Origin: Eremomyces bilateralis CBS 781.70
Lineage: Eukaryota
DNA length: 64,000 bases
Strand: one strand, 5' to 3'
Assembly (NCBI GenBank): GCA_010015585.1
Contig: ML975153.1
Below, one piece after another: positions 36,278 to 50,248 of the stretch. The stretch's first letter is position 1. Each line of letters starts with the position of its first letter. The notes under the pieces are model-generated. The model saw only the letters and a program-made list of their open reading frames with translations, made no database searches and was not told the DNA's origin. The position numbers and the translations under genes are program-made.

Positions 36278-39200
36278 TCACTGGTCGAGCAGCGTTCGCA
36301 GCTCCTCGTCGACGAAGCGGTTGATCTGCTTGCGGTTGACGAGGTTCACCGCGCCGTTCCTCCACGCCGAACGGAGCCGCTTGAACGCGGGATGGCCTTC
36401 GTCGGCCGATTCGTTCTTGGCTAGATCGACGAAGTCGTGCGCGACCCGCTCGCGGATCGGCGAGGCGTTGGCGACCGCCTCGGCGTAGAAGTTGATCAGA
36501 TTGCCCATCCCGACCTTGCATGCGCGCTGGCTATGATCTTCGAATGCCAGCCGACGGAACTCTTCGTACATGGAGGTGTTGAAGTTGCGGATCAAAAAGT
36601 GTGACCAAAACTGGTAAAGGACGTCCATGTCATGCGGACATCCGCTCGGCGACGCGTTGCGCTGGTCCAAGGCTTTGGCGCGCAGATCGTTGTATCGTTC
36701 ATGCGTCGCGTCATCGGGCATCGCGTTGACGGGACTGTCGCGGTCACGGACCCAAAAGATGTTCGATGGCGGTGACGTTGCCCCACCTGTTGAAGCCCGG
36801 CCATCGATTTCGGATTTCAAACTTGCCAGTCCCCTGGACTTGGATTAGTATCGCGCCGAACCAGGGAGGTTTGGGAGGTGGGTGTTCTAAACGTACGTTG
36901 GTTTTGAATCGAACCCTTGGGAAGGGGTACGGGCGGGGGAGGGAGATTTGGCAGTCGTGTCATTGGCGGAGGTTTCGAGGGACCCATTCGGTAGCTTGGC
37001 GGAAGCAGACGCGTCACTGTCCTTCGCCGGCTCACCTTGGCGTACAATGACGCTGAGCCGCTCAATTTCCTCGTTGGCGAAAGAGTCGGATTCCGGAGCG
37101 GTCCGGCCGGCATCCCCAGCGTCGTTGGGAGCGCTCGTGCTCGGAGATATAGTGCCGTTCACATGGTTGATCTGTGCCGGTGGGCTAACAACGGGAGACT
37201 GCTCGTCTTGTGCGAAGTTTGAGGCCATCCGTGGACTGGCCGGCATATACCCGTTCGGGTTCATGGTCGGAACAAAAGGAGATTGCTGCGATGGCATCGC
37301 GGCCGGCATGGACATAACATGCGGAGTGTATCGCATGTTATATTGAGACTCGATCCCTTGAGGTTGAGGAGGTGGGGGAACGTGGACGGCCGAGTCGTCC
37401 GGCCCATCATTCTTGGCGGCTGGATCCCGCTCGTCCATGGCGAGAACCCATTGCTCCCATCCATGCCTCGGCCTCAAAATGTCCTTCCCTTCAGCCGCGA
37501 GTCGATACTCGATGGTCCTTGACTGGAAGCACGCGAGTTTGATCAGCTCCATGTCACTCGTCAGGCTCTTCAGTCGGTTGAAGTCTGCAATGACAGTGAG
37601 AGGGACGTATCCCCGCGAATCCATGTGCTTGCGCAGAAACATGTCCTTGCAGAGGTTATCCACCGAGAAGTAATATTCCAACTGTAAAGAGACCGAGGTA
37701 AACACGGCCATCTGCTCGAAGTAGGGAGACGCCCCGTAGGGAACCGCGCTCATGGGTTGCATATGCGGGTACTCATAGCTTCCGTATTGGAGGGGAGAAA
37801 CGGCAGACATCGGTTGGGAAATCGATGCTCGCTGGTGAGTATCTGGAACATAGACCGATTGCGCGCGGCCGTTTGCGCCGCGATAGCCACGGGGAAGTTG
37901 CTGCGCGTAATAAGGGGTATGATCCGGGGTGTACGTGGGTGATCGAGGCATGGTGAACGGGGTCGAGGTCTGAATCGAAGGAAGGATGCCATTTGCATAT
38001 TGGTTGGCCTGGTGCAGTTGATTCGGAAGGAAAGGAACCGATCCATGGCGACCTCCACGGCCGCCGCGAGAACGGCCTTCTCTCAAGGAGTGTGAATGGT
38101 AGGGCTCACCACGGCCCCTACCGAACCCCCGTGGCTGGAACGAGGGTTCGGATGCGTCATCCGGCTTGGGCACTGCTTCTGCAAAGCGGTTATGGTTAGC
38201 CTTCTGGGACTGAATTATGGATTGGGGATGAATCATACTTTCTGTAGTGGATCCAGCCGATGGGCGGTCCTGACCAGGGCGCGAAGGTAGCTCTCGGCTT
38301 GATGACGCCTCATCTTGCCATGAATCTCCCGCACCAGCACCGTCGGTTCTCCGGCTTTGTCGAGGGCGCGCGGCCGGCTGGTGCCGTGCGGACGGATTGC
38401 CTGAGTCCTGCGCGTCGGCCGACGCCAAACCCGCGTCCTTCTCGGCAGCGTGTTTCGATACACCCGGGCCACGAATGTCCCTTGATGGGCCTTTGTAGCC
38501 GTCGGAGCGCCCGTCCTTCGGTGCGGCTCCCTCGCTACTCGCCCTCCGCTCCTTTCCGGGGGAAAAGCTTCGGCCGGGCCGTCCGCGCCGGAAGCCTTCG
38601 CCGTTGGGGGCGCCATTCGGAGCACTCGCTTTGTCGGCGCTCAGAGGGCCGTTGGATGCATATGCGCCGCCACGGTGGGATGCATCTCTTCCACCTCGCG
38701 CACCCCCACGACCACCACGCCGCGATCCACTACTAGGTAGCGGAGTATTGAACACTACGGTCGGGATAAAATCGAGCTTGTTCCATTCATTCTTTCCGGA
38801 CTTCAAAGGCTTCTCATCCTTCTCCGATGTGACGGTCGAGCGCTTCTTCTTATCATCATCGCGTGCGGTTTCCGGAGTGGGCCACGAGATCTGATCTTGG
38901 ACGGGGGGTACTGGTGCACTTGACGACACACCGTCCCGCTCATTCAGCCTCGACGTCGCAAATTGGCCCTTCGTCCGGCCTCCTTCGTTGTCGGAACGCA
39001 TATCTCGTCGTGCCCTGTTATCGTCACGTCGGCCTTGGTAGCCGCCTTTCGGGCCTCTGAAAGTGGGTTCGGAGTCCTCCAGCGGACCGGCCTGCTGTCT
39101 GGACTTTCGGGAAGTGTCCGGCTTTTGATGATCCATAGTTGATTCCGGAGTCGCTTTCGACGGCGATGATTCCTTTGCAGGCTGTGTCAAAGCTCGTGCG

Positions 39201-39748
39201 TGTGCCCGTTGCTGCCAGATGTTGACGCTGGGGATGGGTGCATCCTGCAAAGCGATCAACGACGGGCTTAATGACTCCTTCGAGTCACGCTTTCTGGCCT
39301 CCTGCGTTGTTTCTGCATGACGGTCGTCGTCCTCGTTGATGCTCGCAGAATTCTCATCTCTCGTGTCGTGGATCTTCGCGTCTTCGAAGGAGCCGCTATC
39401 CGCATTGTCCCCTTTGATAGATGGCGATTCTGAATCGTGGGCACCGTTCGTGGCCGGGCTCGAAGCATCCTCGCCTTTGTCCAGAGTAGGGGTGTGATCA
39501 GCCAGCGAGGACGGCGCGGTGCTGTCCTTCCCTGCTTCCGATGACTCGGTGTTCACGTCCAAGGCATCGTCACGCTCGCTTGGGGTTTGGCTTCGCGGTT
39601 TGAGAGCCGGGGTCGATGTTGATGATGCCTTTGCGGTTTGAGCCGCTGCGGCTAGTGATGCTGCCTTCCCACGCGCAGCTTGGGCATATGAGAACGGAAC
39701 CGAAGCGGAAGCCGTCTCGACCAGGGATTTCTGCGTCTCCGCAGCCAT
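36278..39748 (-). CDS. La-related RNA-binding protein, LARP1/Sro9-Slf1 type (La motif plus C-terminal DM15-like region)
   Basis: La motif QLEYYFSVDNLCKDMFLRKHMDSRGYVPLTVIADFNRLKSLT; RGG tracts; C-terminal DMDVLYQFWSHFLIRNFNTSMYEEFRRLAFED. ATG at 39748; introns at 38179-38238 and about 36841-36892. Confidence 0.9.
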
Positions 39749-42576
39749 GATGTTTTGAGTGAAAGTACGCAAAGACCGCCGATGCAACGCAATTAAGCTC
39801 CTCTCAACTAGAGGCGCTCAGGCGGAACTCCCAAGACCACGCTCCAACGGAGAATGCGACGATGTCGTCGCAGTCGGATCCAGGAGCAACTTCCGCCCTC
39901 ACTGCACCAACTCCACTAGCCGAAAAGCGACAATGCCACTTTTCGGCTGTGTCTAGCAGATGGTCCGGGAAAGGGTGTGTCGGGTGCGTAGGCGTTTTTT
40001 CGAATCGCGAGAGCGGAGGATCACGCGCTCGACTCGCGGGTTGGGTCGATGTGGAATCGTGGAGAAGCGTGGTCTCCAAAGAAGTCGGGTACGAGCTGTG
40101 GAAGCCGGTGGGCAAGGGCCACCAGGATGATACCGATGGGTTCGAGAGCGACGAGTTAGCCGTCCGAGAGGAGGCTAAACGATGTCCAAAGAACCGGATA
40201 TGGCGATGGACGTCGAGCTATCCGTTGACGGGAATCACAATCAACTGGATGGCCGAGTATATCGCCGAGGTCTGTCGAGGAACTTGGATGGTGGTCAGTG
40301 GCCGGAAGATTCTGGCGGAATGAAATACGGAAGGGATAGTAATGATCGGTAATTCGATGGTTTCTTGTTAAGAAAAAAATGCGTAGCAACATCCGGTGGT
40401 CGAGCAGTGCGTGGAAGACGTCTCGTGCAAATTCGTCCACCCCAGAGGAGCATCACCGCATCGGACCAACGAGGAAGCGAATCAAGCAAACAAGAAAACT
40501 CACTTTTTCCGAATCTCAAGTGCGATGAGAGAAGCAATAAAGATTGCGCGGGCGGATCCGTTGCAAGGTGAAGGAATTCTGCAGGAGCAGGCAGCGGGAG
40601 GAAAAAAAAGGGAAGCTTCCGAGGGAGCTTTCTCCAACTGCAGGTGAATATCACTGCTCCGTTCTGGGTAACGAAGGAAAGGCAGGAGTGATGGGAGAGA
40701 TGGAATGGAAGCAGGGTTGACGGAAGACCGAGAGGGAGTGAGAGAGAAGAGGAGAAGGGGGACTGGAGATGGAGGTTGCAATGTACGGGATGGATGGAGT
40801 ATGGGAGAGAGAGAGAGAGTAGTACGGGTAGGAGAGAGTATGAGAGTAATGAGTATGTGGGAAATTTGGTCGACGCTGCTCGGTTCGGAGCCCAGGGCCG
40901 CTGTACGGTAACAGCCGAAGAAGAATCGGATCAGGCAACCACTCTCCACTGCAATGGAGCTAAGGCAGCAATCTAAGGGAAAGGGAAAAGTGAAGGACGG
41001 CGATGTTTCGAGGATGTGTGACGACTGACGAGGAGAGAGGAAGCCGAAGAGAGAAACCGAAGCAGGTCACTCAGTTGTTGGTGGAGTAGGAAAGGAATTT
41101 TGTAAGGGCGGGAAACGGACAGAGGGAAGAAAAGTTGAAATCAGGCGCACACTTCAAGACACACACTTCAAGACACACACATCACACACTTGGAGAATCG
41201 AGATACACACCAAGCATTCACTTCCAGTAGTGGACAAATCAGATGCCGCAAATACCGACTTATGGAGCATCCGGGCGGAATATCGTTCTCCATATTCACT
41301 GCTTAAGCGGCATCACAGGCATCCCAGGCATCACAATTACACCGGAGCACAACGGTAAGACGGCACCTCTTCTCCGCCATCGTATTCTGTTGCTAACTGC
41401 TCACTGCTAAACTGCTCATTGCTAACTGCTACTTCGTAACAGCCAACAGTTTTCCATATCCAGTGTTCTTATTATCATCCGTAAGTAGTAAATATCCCCT
41501 AGCAAAATTGACCCCCGGAAATTGCTCAAGTCATGAACAAAGTCACTCATCTAAGAGTATTAATCCTCGCGGGAGTTCAGACCCCAGTGGTACCCTACCT
41601 ATTTACCGGTAAGTACTATATATAATAATCCTATTACCCGATGGGTGATTCGGCGTACACCAAAATATTTCGGTCCTTGGGCATCTCGTCGTCTCCTCGT
41701 GACAATGGTATGGTAACTTACGTATACTACGATGCTTTGCTCCTCCTCACAATTTCCATATAGAATCTGCGACCGATATATAACACCTAAGTCCTGTCAA
41801 CGTATGTATGTATTAAATGTCGCTCGACAGGTATCCTCTCGGCTGTCAGATGCTTTCTCGGCGCCGATTAGCATCCCCAATATATATGACCTGTTCCTTC
41901 CCCTCCGAGCCACCCGACAGCCACGAGACGGTTTAAATGCAAATGCCTCGTCCGGTGGTATCCCGATATAGATCCGTCATCTATCCCTCCGCTATAATTA
42001 CTTCCTTCCTCCTGGACAACTTTTCTATCCTAAGAGCGGTGGACTCTCACAGTGCTTGCCCTTTCCGACAAGGCGGGCTCTTGGCGCCATGCATCCAAGT
42101 CAAAAAGACAAAAGCCTCACAGCTCAATTCACGCCTTCGATAGCAACCAAACCATTTCATTAGGTCATAGAATGAGCAATTCAATCCTCTCATATCATAG
42201 ATCAAGTCTCCGTCATAAGCCCATGCTTTCGAATTGCGTTGAATTATCCCGCGGCTCCAGGGCACGCTGCTATCTGGGGTGCGGAGCCTGTAATCAAACA
42301 TGAACGGCCCCTCCAAATTAATAATAAGGGCGCCTCCATATATCCGACATCAGCATGTCGACCGATCGCTCAATTCCAGCGCTCTGCCATTTTGAGAGGG
42401 GTGTCTATGCATCCCGGCGTGGTTATCCATGTCTCGTTCATCCTGCCTAGCGACGCCTATTACGTCCCTTCGTTCCACTTCGCAGTGGTCCTGCACAGTA
42501 CAACTGTATCTATCAAAATGCAGAGGTTTCCTGCCCACGCCTTTCCTCCCGTCATTAGAGGACCGCAGCCGTCTCC

Positions 42577-44404
42577 TCAAGTCCAAAGCACCTTTCGGCA
42601 TTTCTCCGCTCCACAGCGACACGGAACCACCGTCCCATTGTCATCAGGCGTCCACACCTCCACGTCGTCGACCTGCGAAGTCAACACCCCAGTCCCGGCT
42701 TCGTTATCTTCCTCGTCCTTATCCAGATAGTCGAACGAGAGCTCTTCGTTGGCGGGGATGTCTCGCCGGGCGAAGAACGCCAGGTCGTAGACTTTCTGGT
42801 CGTATTTATTGTACGACACCGTGTATTGCAGGACGTTCGGGTCGCACGAGTGGTTCATAAACCGCGTAGGCCCTCCCTTGTGCTCCCCATCCACGACGTA
42901 CGGCGCTTCCTCTCGCTCGCGAAGCTCGTCCTCGAACTTATCCAGCGCGTAAAGGTAAGACTCCTTTCCTTTGCCACTCCGTGCTTCACGACGGTCCGCC
43001 TCTTCGTCCGTGATGATTTCGCCGCGATACGTGTCGATAAACTGACCTTTACGGATCGCGAGCGGGCACCGGAGTCCCCAGCCGCGGTCCTTCGTCTTGA
43101 AGATCTCGAGCGGAAGCTGGCGTCCATGTTGGACCATGCGATTGTTGCAACCCGGGCCGCAATTGCAACGGTGGTTGCATTCGTAAATGGGGTGGCGACC
43201 ACGGAGATAAAACTCCACCAGACACCCATCCCTCTGGGCCACGCTCGTGTGATACGGAAACCGTTTTGGCAGTCCCGCCGTATCCCCGGGATTAGACCTA
43301 TATCGTACCCATTGTTCTTCGTTGAGCCGACCTTCTTGCACCGCCGCGAACTCTAGGCATTCGCAAATGGACAGCTGGCACCCAATATTCTTGCCCATAT
43401 TGGGCCGACATTCTTTCTGGCAGCCGACGATCGTCTCCGGGTCCACTCGGGTGAGCCCTTCCCGAAGGACGCACGCTTCGATGAATTCAAACCGCAAGGG
43501 AATGTCGCTTGCGTCATGGATGTTTTGATACGTGATCTCCGGACCCGGCAACGCCTTCAGTCGCTTAAGGATATGAGTGCGGATCTTGTGGGAAGCATGC
43601 CGCGTTGACGAGGTTGCCGCGACGGCCATCATCTCGGCTGTGGGAATCCGTTCGGCACATGGAAGTCTCAAAGACTGGTTCACTAGTCAGGACTGTATTA
43701 CACGGCTTTAGAAAGAGCGCTCACCGATCGAACTCGTATGTGGTCCCCATCGGGATAAACCGTGCAGTTGTAGGACTCGCCTAAACTCAGCGCCTGGGCT
43801 TTCGCAGAGATGGACTCCGAACTGGAGCTCTGTACACTAGGTGATCGACTCTGGGGGTCATGCTCATAGAGGTGAGCCCGTTGTTCTGCATGCGGGCTTT
43901 TTCGTTTTAGATTACTGGTTTTGGAATGTATCCTGATAATAGTGAGTCATTGATATACCAATGAGGAAATGAAACGTGAGACCAACCGTTCTCGTCGAGC
44001 CTTAAGGTAGTCTTGCAGTAAGGCCAGGCAAAGTGTGAGCTCGGGAAGATAATGCCATGAGTAAGCATTCGGGGCAACGATCCGTTTCCATTTCACAAGA
44101 TACTGCTCTTCGCCCTGTATTATGGCGGTCAGTAAGATAAGTAGACCTGAAAGGGTAAACAGGTCAGACTTACATCGAGTATCCGGTTACAAACGAGGGA
44201 GTCAACCTAAACGAACATCAATAGCCAATCAGTGATAAGGAACCTGAAACATAATGTGATGAGTGCAGGGGCGCCACATCAGTTTCGATACGGTATATTT
44301 CGATGCAAACCGCAAACAGAAATTGCATGTATTAGGGGGCTTACCTCGCGCTGTGCCACCTTTGCAGAGCCAAACCGGGGGACCACCACCATAACCTCCT
44401 TCAT
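42577..44404 (-). CDS. dim-5: Histone H3K9 methyltransferase, Clr4/DIM-5/SUV39 family, with a degenerate N-terminal chromodomain; exons 44404-44345, 44206-44174, 44114-43987, 43932-43725, 43674-42577
   Basis: Cys-rich pre-SET, IYECNHRCNCGPGCNNRMVQ, RGWGLRC, GQFIDTYRGEII, TRFMNHSCDPN, ELSFDY, post-SET CRCGAEKCRKVLW. Four upstream exons join in frame through GT-AG introns. Confidence 0.92.
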
Positions 44405-45101
44405 CGCCCGCGGTTTGGCTGATGATCTGCATATGGTTCGTAAGCTATCTATCATAATAATAATATCTGAACCGGTTGCAGGTACCCAAATTGATTGGTA
44501 CCCCTGGTCGTGCTGAATGTCAACGCGTCAAGGATAGTTGACCACCGCCGCTATAAGACGCGTCTGCAACCCCCGGAATCAGTCTTCTGCTAGGCAAATC
44601 CGACTAGTAAGCTAGCGAAGATTTACTCTTCCCTGGTTTTAAGGTTGTTAGGAAACGCGGGGTTGAGAGGTAAAGGAACTGGTAAAGCGTAAGTTTAAAG
44701 TAGAGATTCGGTAAGTGAAGGTTGTTTGGCATAAGTAAATGGAATTGTGGCTCGTGCATGCGTACGGATATCACATGACCCGTTTACGTACGCGCCTTCC
44801 TAATAAGGAAGTATCTTAACCTATAAGCCACTTAATAGATATGGCGGTAGGTGTCACGGATTGATACTGATGATGTGAAATCAAGGTAGTAACGTAACAA
44901 GTTAGATTCATCTATGAAGAGGGGAGAATCTACGTCTACGTCAACAGGAGGTTGTAAAGTCTACAAGTGATGAAGTGGTAAGTCCCGTGACCCAAATCTG
45001 GTGACTTGTGCATGGTGGAAGTCCACTCCATCACAGTAGGATCCTATACCCTCCGTAATCCTAATTCCTATGATCCTATCGCAGGATCTGGTGTAAGATC
45101 G

Positions 45102-45291
45102 TGTTATGGGTTGAAACCCTTGGTTGACTAAGGCTGAGAGCCTAAGCCTGATTAGGTTAAAGGTTGATTCAGAGTTCAAACCTCTTCGATGTAAACGAGA
45201 AGGCTTCCCCTTCTTGTTCTCTTCTTTAGCTTAATCTAGAATACCTTTGGCTACGTGTATGTTGTGTGCATCCAGCTACCGTGCCGTAACA
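45102..45291. mobile_element. Solo LTR (190 bp), copy 1
   Basis: TGTTA...TAACA inverted termini; flanks GATCG/GATCC (4 of 5 match as a TSD); near-identical to 57999-58499 once the nested insert is removed. Confidence 0.85.
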
Positions 45292-45314
45292 GATCCTACG
45301 AAAACCAGAAACCC

Positions 45315-45488
45315 TGAGATGGTTTGACCACGGAGATCGCGATAACCACTTCCATTTATTGCAAAGCTAAAGAAGAAAAGCTATCTACTATGCGTGCGCG
45401 ATGTTCAAGACCTTGACAGTTGACCTAGTCACGTGACTATCATTCAGGTAACAGGCCACAGGCCTGGAACCATAACAAACCCGTCTGA
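45315..45488 (+). repeat. About 175-bp diverged direct repeat, copy A (contains the palindrome TAGTCACGTGACTA)
   Basis: Shares CATTTATTGCAAAGCTAAAGAA, CTATCTACTATGCGTGC, CCTAGTCACGTGACTAT and ACAGGCCACAGGCCT with 45756-45930. Confidence 0.85.
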
Positions 45489-45755
45489 TATGTCATGTGT
45501 ACAGTAGCTGAATAAGGTAATTCTGGCTAATTTTCCTTTAGTTTACGAAACCGACGGTATAAATTTACCAGTGTCGAGCATTAGAATTCTCCTTCTTATA
45601 TAATATGGTACCATTCAGTTGGCTCTACGCCTCTAATTACCAGAGAGACTGGTTTTCAAATTTTCGTTAGCTCCAAGGGTGTCTGACATGGATTGGGCTG
45701 TGGTACTTCCCGTCCGCATCTTATGCCTGATGCCTCCCCCACAGATAATCAACCG

Positions 45756-45930
45756 TGAGATGGTTCGACTGCAAAGGTTGCAAGAACCGACTTTCATTTA
45801 TTGCAAAGCTAAAGAACATGAACTATCTACTATGCGTGCACGATGTTCATGAGGTTGACAGCTTACCTAGTCACGTGACTATATCTTCAGGGGACAGGCC
45901 ACAGGCCTTGAGCCATTACAGCCCATCGAT
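45756..45930 (+). repeat. About 175-bp diverged direct repeat, copy B
   Basis: Colinear with 45315-45488; palindrome at 45868-45881. Confidence 0.85.
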
Positions 45931-46442
45931 CAATTAATTCCATCCTTCAACACCATACATCGTCCTGACGCCTTTCTGCTATGTCAGCATCAGCAGTATT
46001 ATTATCTTCCAGATGAGACTATTTACTTGTTCCGACTCCAGGGTCCTTCCTGTTTGCGCTTTCGCCTGTGTCCAGTAAGACGGGTTGCCAAATCAGGTAT
46101 AAACCGTAGGATTGGCCTATATCATTTCATAAGGGGTCTAAAACAAGGCCTTAGGGTGTTCACTGTGTTTGTTGACTGTTCAGAGTGAATCAGTGTAATA
46201 ATCATGATGAAGACGGTGGATTGGTGGACACGCAGACCGCAGCTTGAGTCGGATGTTGGCATGAGTCATGCATGTCCATCCTTTTTATGTTTCTGACTCA
46301 GTCGCAAAGATTTTTGGCATCGGACATCTTCAACTGACAGCGGAAACCTTTGCTACACACTGAGACTATCCGAACGCAAGCGACCAATTTAAACCTCCTA
46401 ATAATAAGAAACCTCTGGTTGTGTGTACCAATCAGATCCGAA

Positions 46443-47295
46443 ATGGCCTCTTCAACGCAGAATGCTCCCTTTCTCAAGGAGCTTGCATCTAGCAGTAGGT
46501 CTGCCCGGCGACATGGAAAAGAACTGCGCTCACCGAACCCACAGACAAGAAGAGTCGAGACGGTGCCCTGGAAAGTCTCCGTAGATTTTTACGTAGCCGT
46601 GCGGAAATCGATGAGATCGAGTTTCAGAAGCTATGGAAAGGCCTTTTCTTCTGTGCGTACCGAATTGAAAACCCGACATGGCTCGAAAATTATACTAACA
46701 GATTTCAGGCATGTGGATGAGCGACCGCGCGAAAGCACAGCAAACTCTCGCGAATGACTTGGCCGAGCTGGTGAATGTTGTCCCAGCGGAAAAACGATTG
46801 GTGTTTCTACGCGCGTTTTGGAAGACGATGGCACATCACTGGACTAGTATCGATGCATTGCGGTATGGAGCGAAATTCGCACGTGCGTCTTCTACGGGAA
46901 CTAACTGTATTCGCAGCATGAATAAATTCCTTCTGTTGGTGAGAAGGTACCTCCATGCGACATTTCAACAGATGTCCATGGGATCATGGGGACAGGAAAC
47001 GCTTATTGATGCTCATTTGTCCCTCCTGGAGGAAATCCCTTTGAATCCATCCGACCCGAAGGTCCCCGATGGCATGCGATATCATGTGATTGACATTTAT
47101 GTCGATGAGCTAGACCGTATCGATGAAAGTCGAGATGGGTCGATGCCGCTTCCGGTGGTGCTACGGCCACTAGAGACGCTCAAAGCCAAGACTAGGAACA
47201 AGACGGTCCGGAAGCGAACCAGCGAGGCCCTTGCCGACGAACGCCTGCAAAATTGGCAGAGCGTGGAAGGCGATGAATCCGAATCCGGCGACTGA
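46443..47295 (+). CDS. RRP1: Ribosome biogenesis protein Rrp1/Nop52, 4 exons
   Basis: PFLKELASS, KLWKGLFFC|MWMSDRAKAQQTLANDLAEL, FLRAFWKTMAHHWTSIDALR|MNKFLLLVRRYL, KVPDGMRYHVIDIYVDEL. Confidence 0.9.
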
Positions 47296-47335
47296 GCGCA
47301 AACAACGTTCCCACCATCCATCCCCACGACAGGAC

Positions 47336-48465
<1,130 letters not shown>

Positions 48466-49088
48466 GACTCCTTCCAAGCAAAAACCCGAACGCCAACCAG
48501 GAAATTCAGTGCGTTGAAGGGCTCTGATATAGGTGGAGGATCGGATTCTTCTCGGTTATTTGAAGGGGAACGTTGCAATATGGTCGATAAATCAATGCGC
48601 GACTCATTCACAACGGAGAAATCTCATTCCCAGAAAAGGATTGACGTTGGGATTCCGTCACTCTGATTGGTCCAAATGGCTATGATAGCTGTCGCCTCTC
48701 CACCTCCCCAATCGCTGAGTCGCTCGCTCTTCCGGTTCGAGTCGCAGGAATCCCGTGAACCACTGCGCTAACCAGACCACTGCCGTTACATGCATGCAAA
48801 ATAAACATTCGAATCGCCAAGGACATCCCTCATGGCCATGTGAAACCCGTATACAAGTGACTTCCTCAGTCCTCTTAAACCCCGTTACCAATCCCATAGA
48901 CACAACAAAACAATGCCAGTGTCTAATGGACGTGCTACCATCAACCCGACCCCAAAACTTGCCTCCAATAGAGGCGTCCCTCCGGCGTTAAATCGTACAA
49001 GAACGAAGAAGGACCTCCCGCTAAACGTCAGAGGCTGGACAATTCGCGATACGCGACCGTGTCGTCCGAACCGCCTCCGTCTATGCCA

Positions 49089-50248
49089 TCATCGAAATTC
49101 ATACGCTGGTTGAAACCACCCATGCTCTTCGACCGGCTTCAATTCCAATTGCTGGTATCTGTGACGCGCGTTAGCATGTGCACCCATTCCGCAGAGACGG
49201 CGAATTAAAACGAACTTTTCGCTCTTGGAGTGGAAGTAGATCCCGCTGATGGTTCCCGTCACCTGGTTGAAGCAGATGTAATAAAACCCCTCGAAGCTCG
49301 CCCCGGTGAGGGTCTGGATGCGATGGTCGGGGACGAGGAAATGTTCCTTCCACCGCATGAACAGGTGTTCGCGCTGGGCGAAGTTCTTGTAGCTGAAGTC
49401 CGCGCGTTTGGCGGCCTTTGCCAGCGGTTTCCACGCGGGGAAGCGGCCCCAGTGCTGCATGTCCGTCTTCTCCGAGGAGCCCCAGGTTTCGTTCTTGGTG
49501 AGGAAGGTGTGTTTCGTGCCGATGATTTCGGCGTCGAAGTACGTGGTCAGCATCGGGTGGTCATCCGTCAAACCTGATGAGTGTCAATATATCGACAGGC
49601 GTCCCGGATAGGGTGGGACCAACCTTGTATTCGTAGATATCCGCAGAGAAACGAGTCGGCGATGTCAACGTGTATGATCTCAACCTGGACGTCGTACTGC
49701 TGTCGATCCGACTGTTGCGCGCCGTGGAACTTGGCGCCCGGACGAAGATATGACGACGTCGTGTTGGGAACGAACTCCAAGCCAGAATGTCAGCGTTCAT
49801 AGGGGTGGACGCGGCATGGCAGTCATACCTTTGTCTTCGGAGAAGGGGGGCTTCGTATTGAAGGTATGGGTTCCTTGATATCGAAGGACGAGTCGGATTT
49901 CTCCTTGGCCTCGGACTGTCGTTTCTGCTCGAGCTCGTGCATCAGACGATAAGCCTCTTGCAAGCGCATCTCCTCCCCCTTCAATTCCACATTACGTGGG
50001 CTCTGTAGCAATGCGACCAGCTCGTCGTGGGTGCATGGTGAATCGATGGGCGGTGTGGGCTCTTGGATTGGCCGGGTATATTCCTCGTTGCGATCGATGT
50101 TTGGGGTGGAAGGCGACGATACCTCGTCTAGTGCAATTCCCCGTACGTTCGCATCGCGCGTATCGTCGGGTGGGCAAGAAGGGCGCACCGTGCCGACGAC
50201 GATCGGTTCGAGCGGAGGGGAGAGAGGGACATCACTCGGGGTAGGCAT
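49089..50248 (-). CDS. GID4: GID ubiquitin-ligase substrate receptor Gid4/Vid24, 4 exons (alternative in-frame ATG at 50272)
   Basis: LRPGAKFHGAQQSDRQQYDVQVEI...[78 protein letters not shown]. Confidence 0.92.

Noticed and set aside
41148..41432. Short tandem repeats (CACACTTCAAGACA x2; TGCT[A/C]AC-like units)
   Set aside because: Ordinary low-complexity promoter-region repeats with no further structure.
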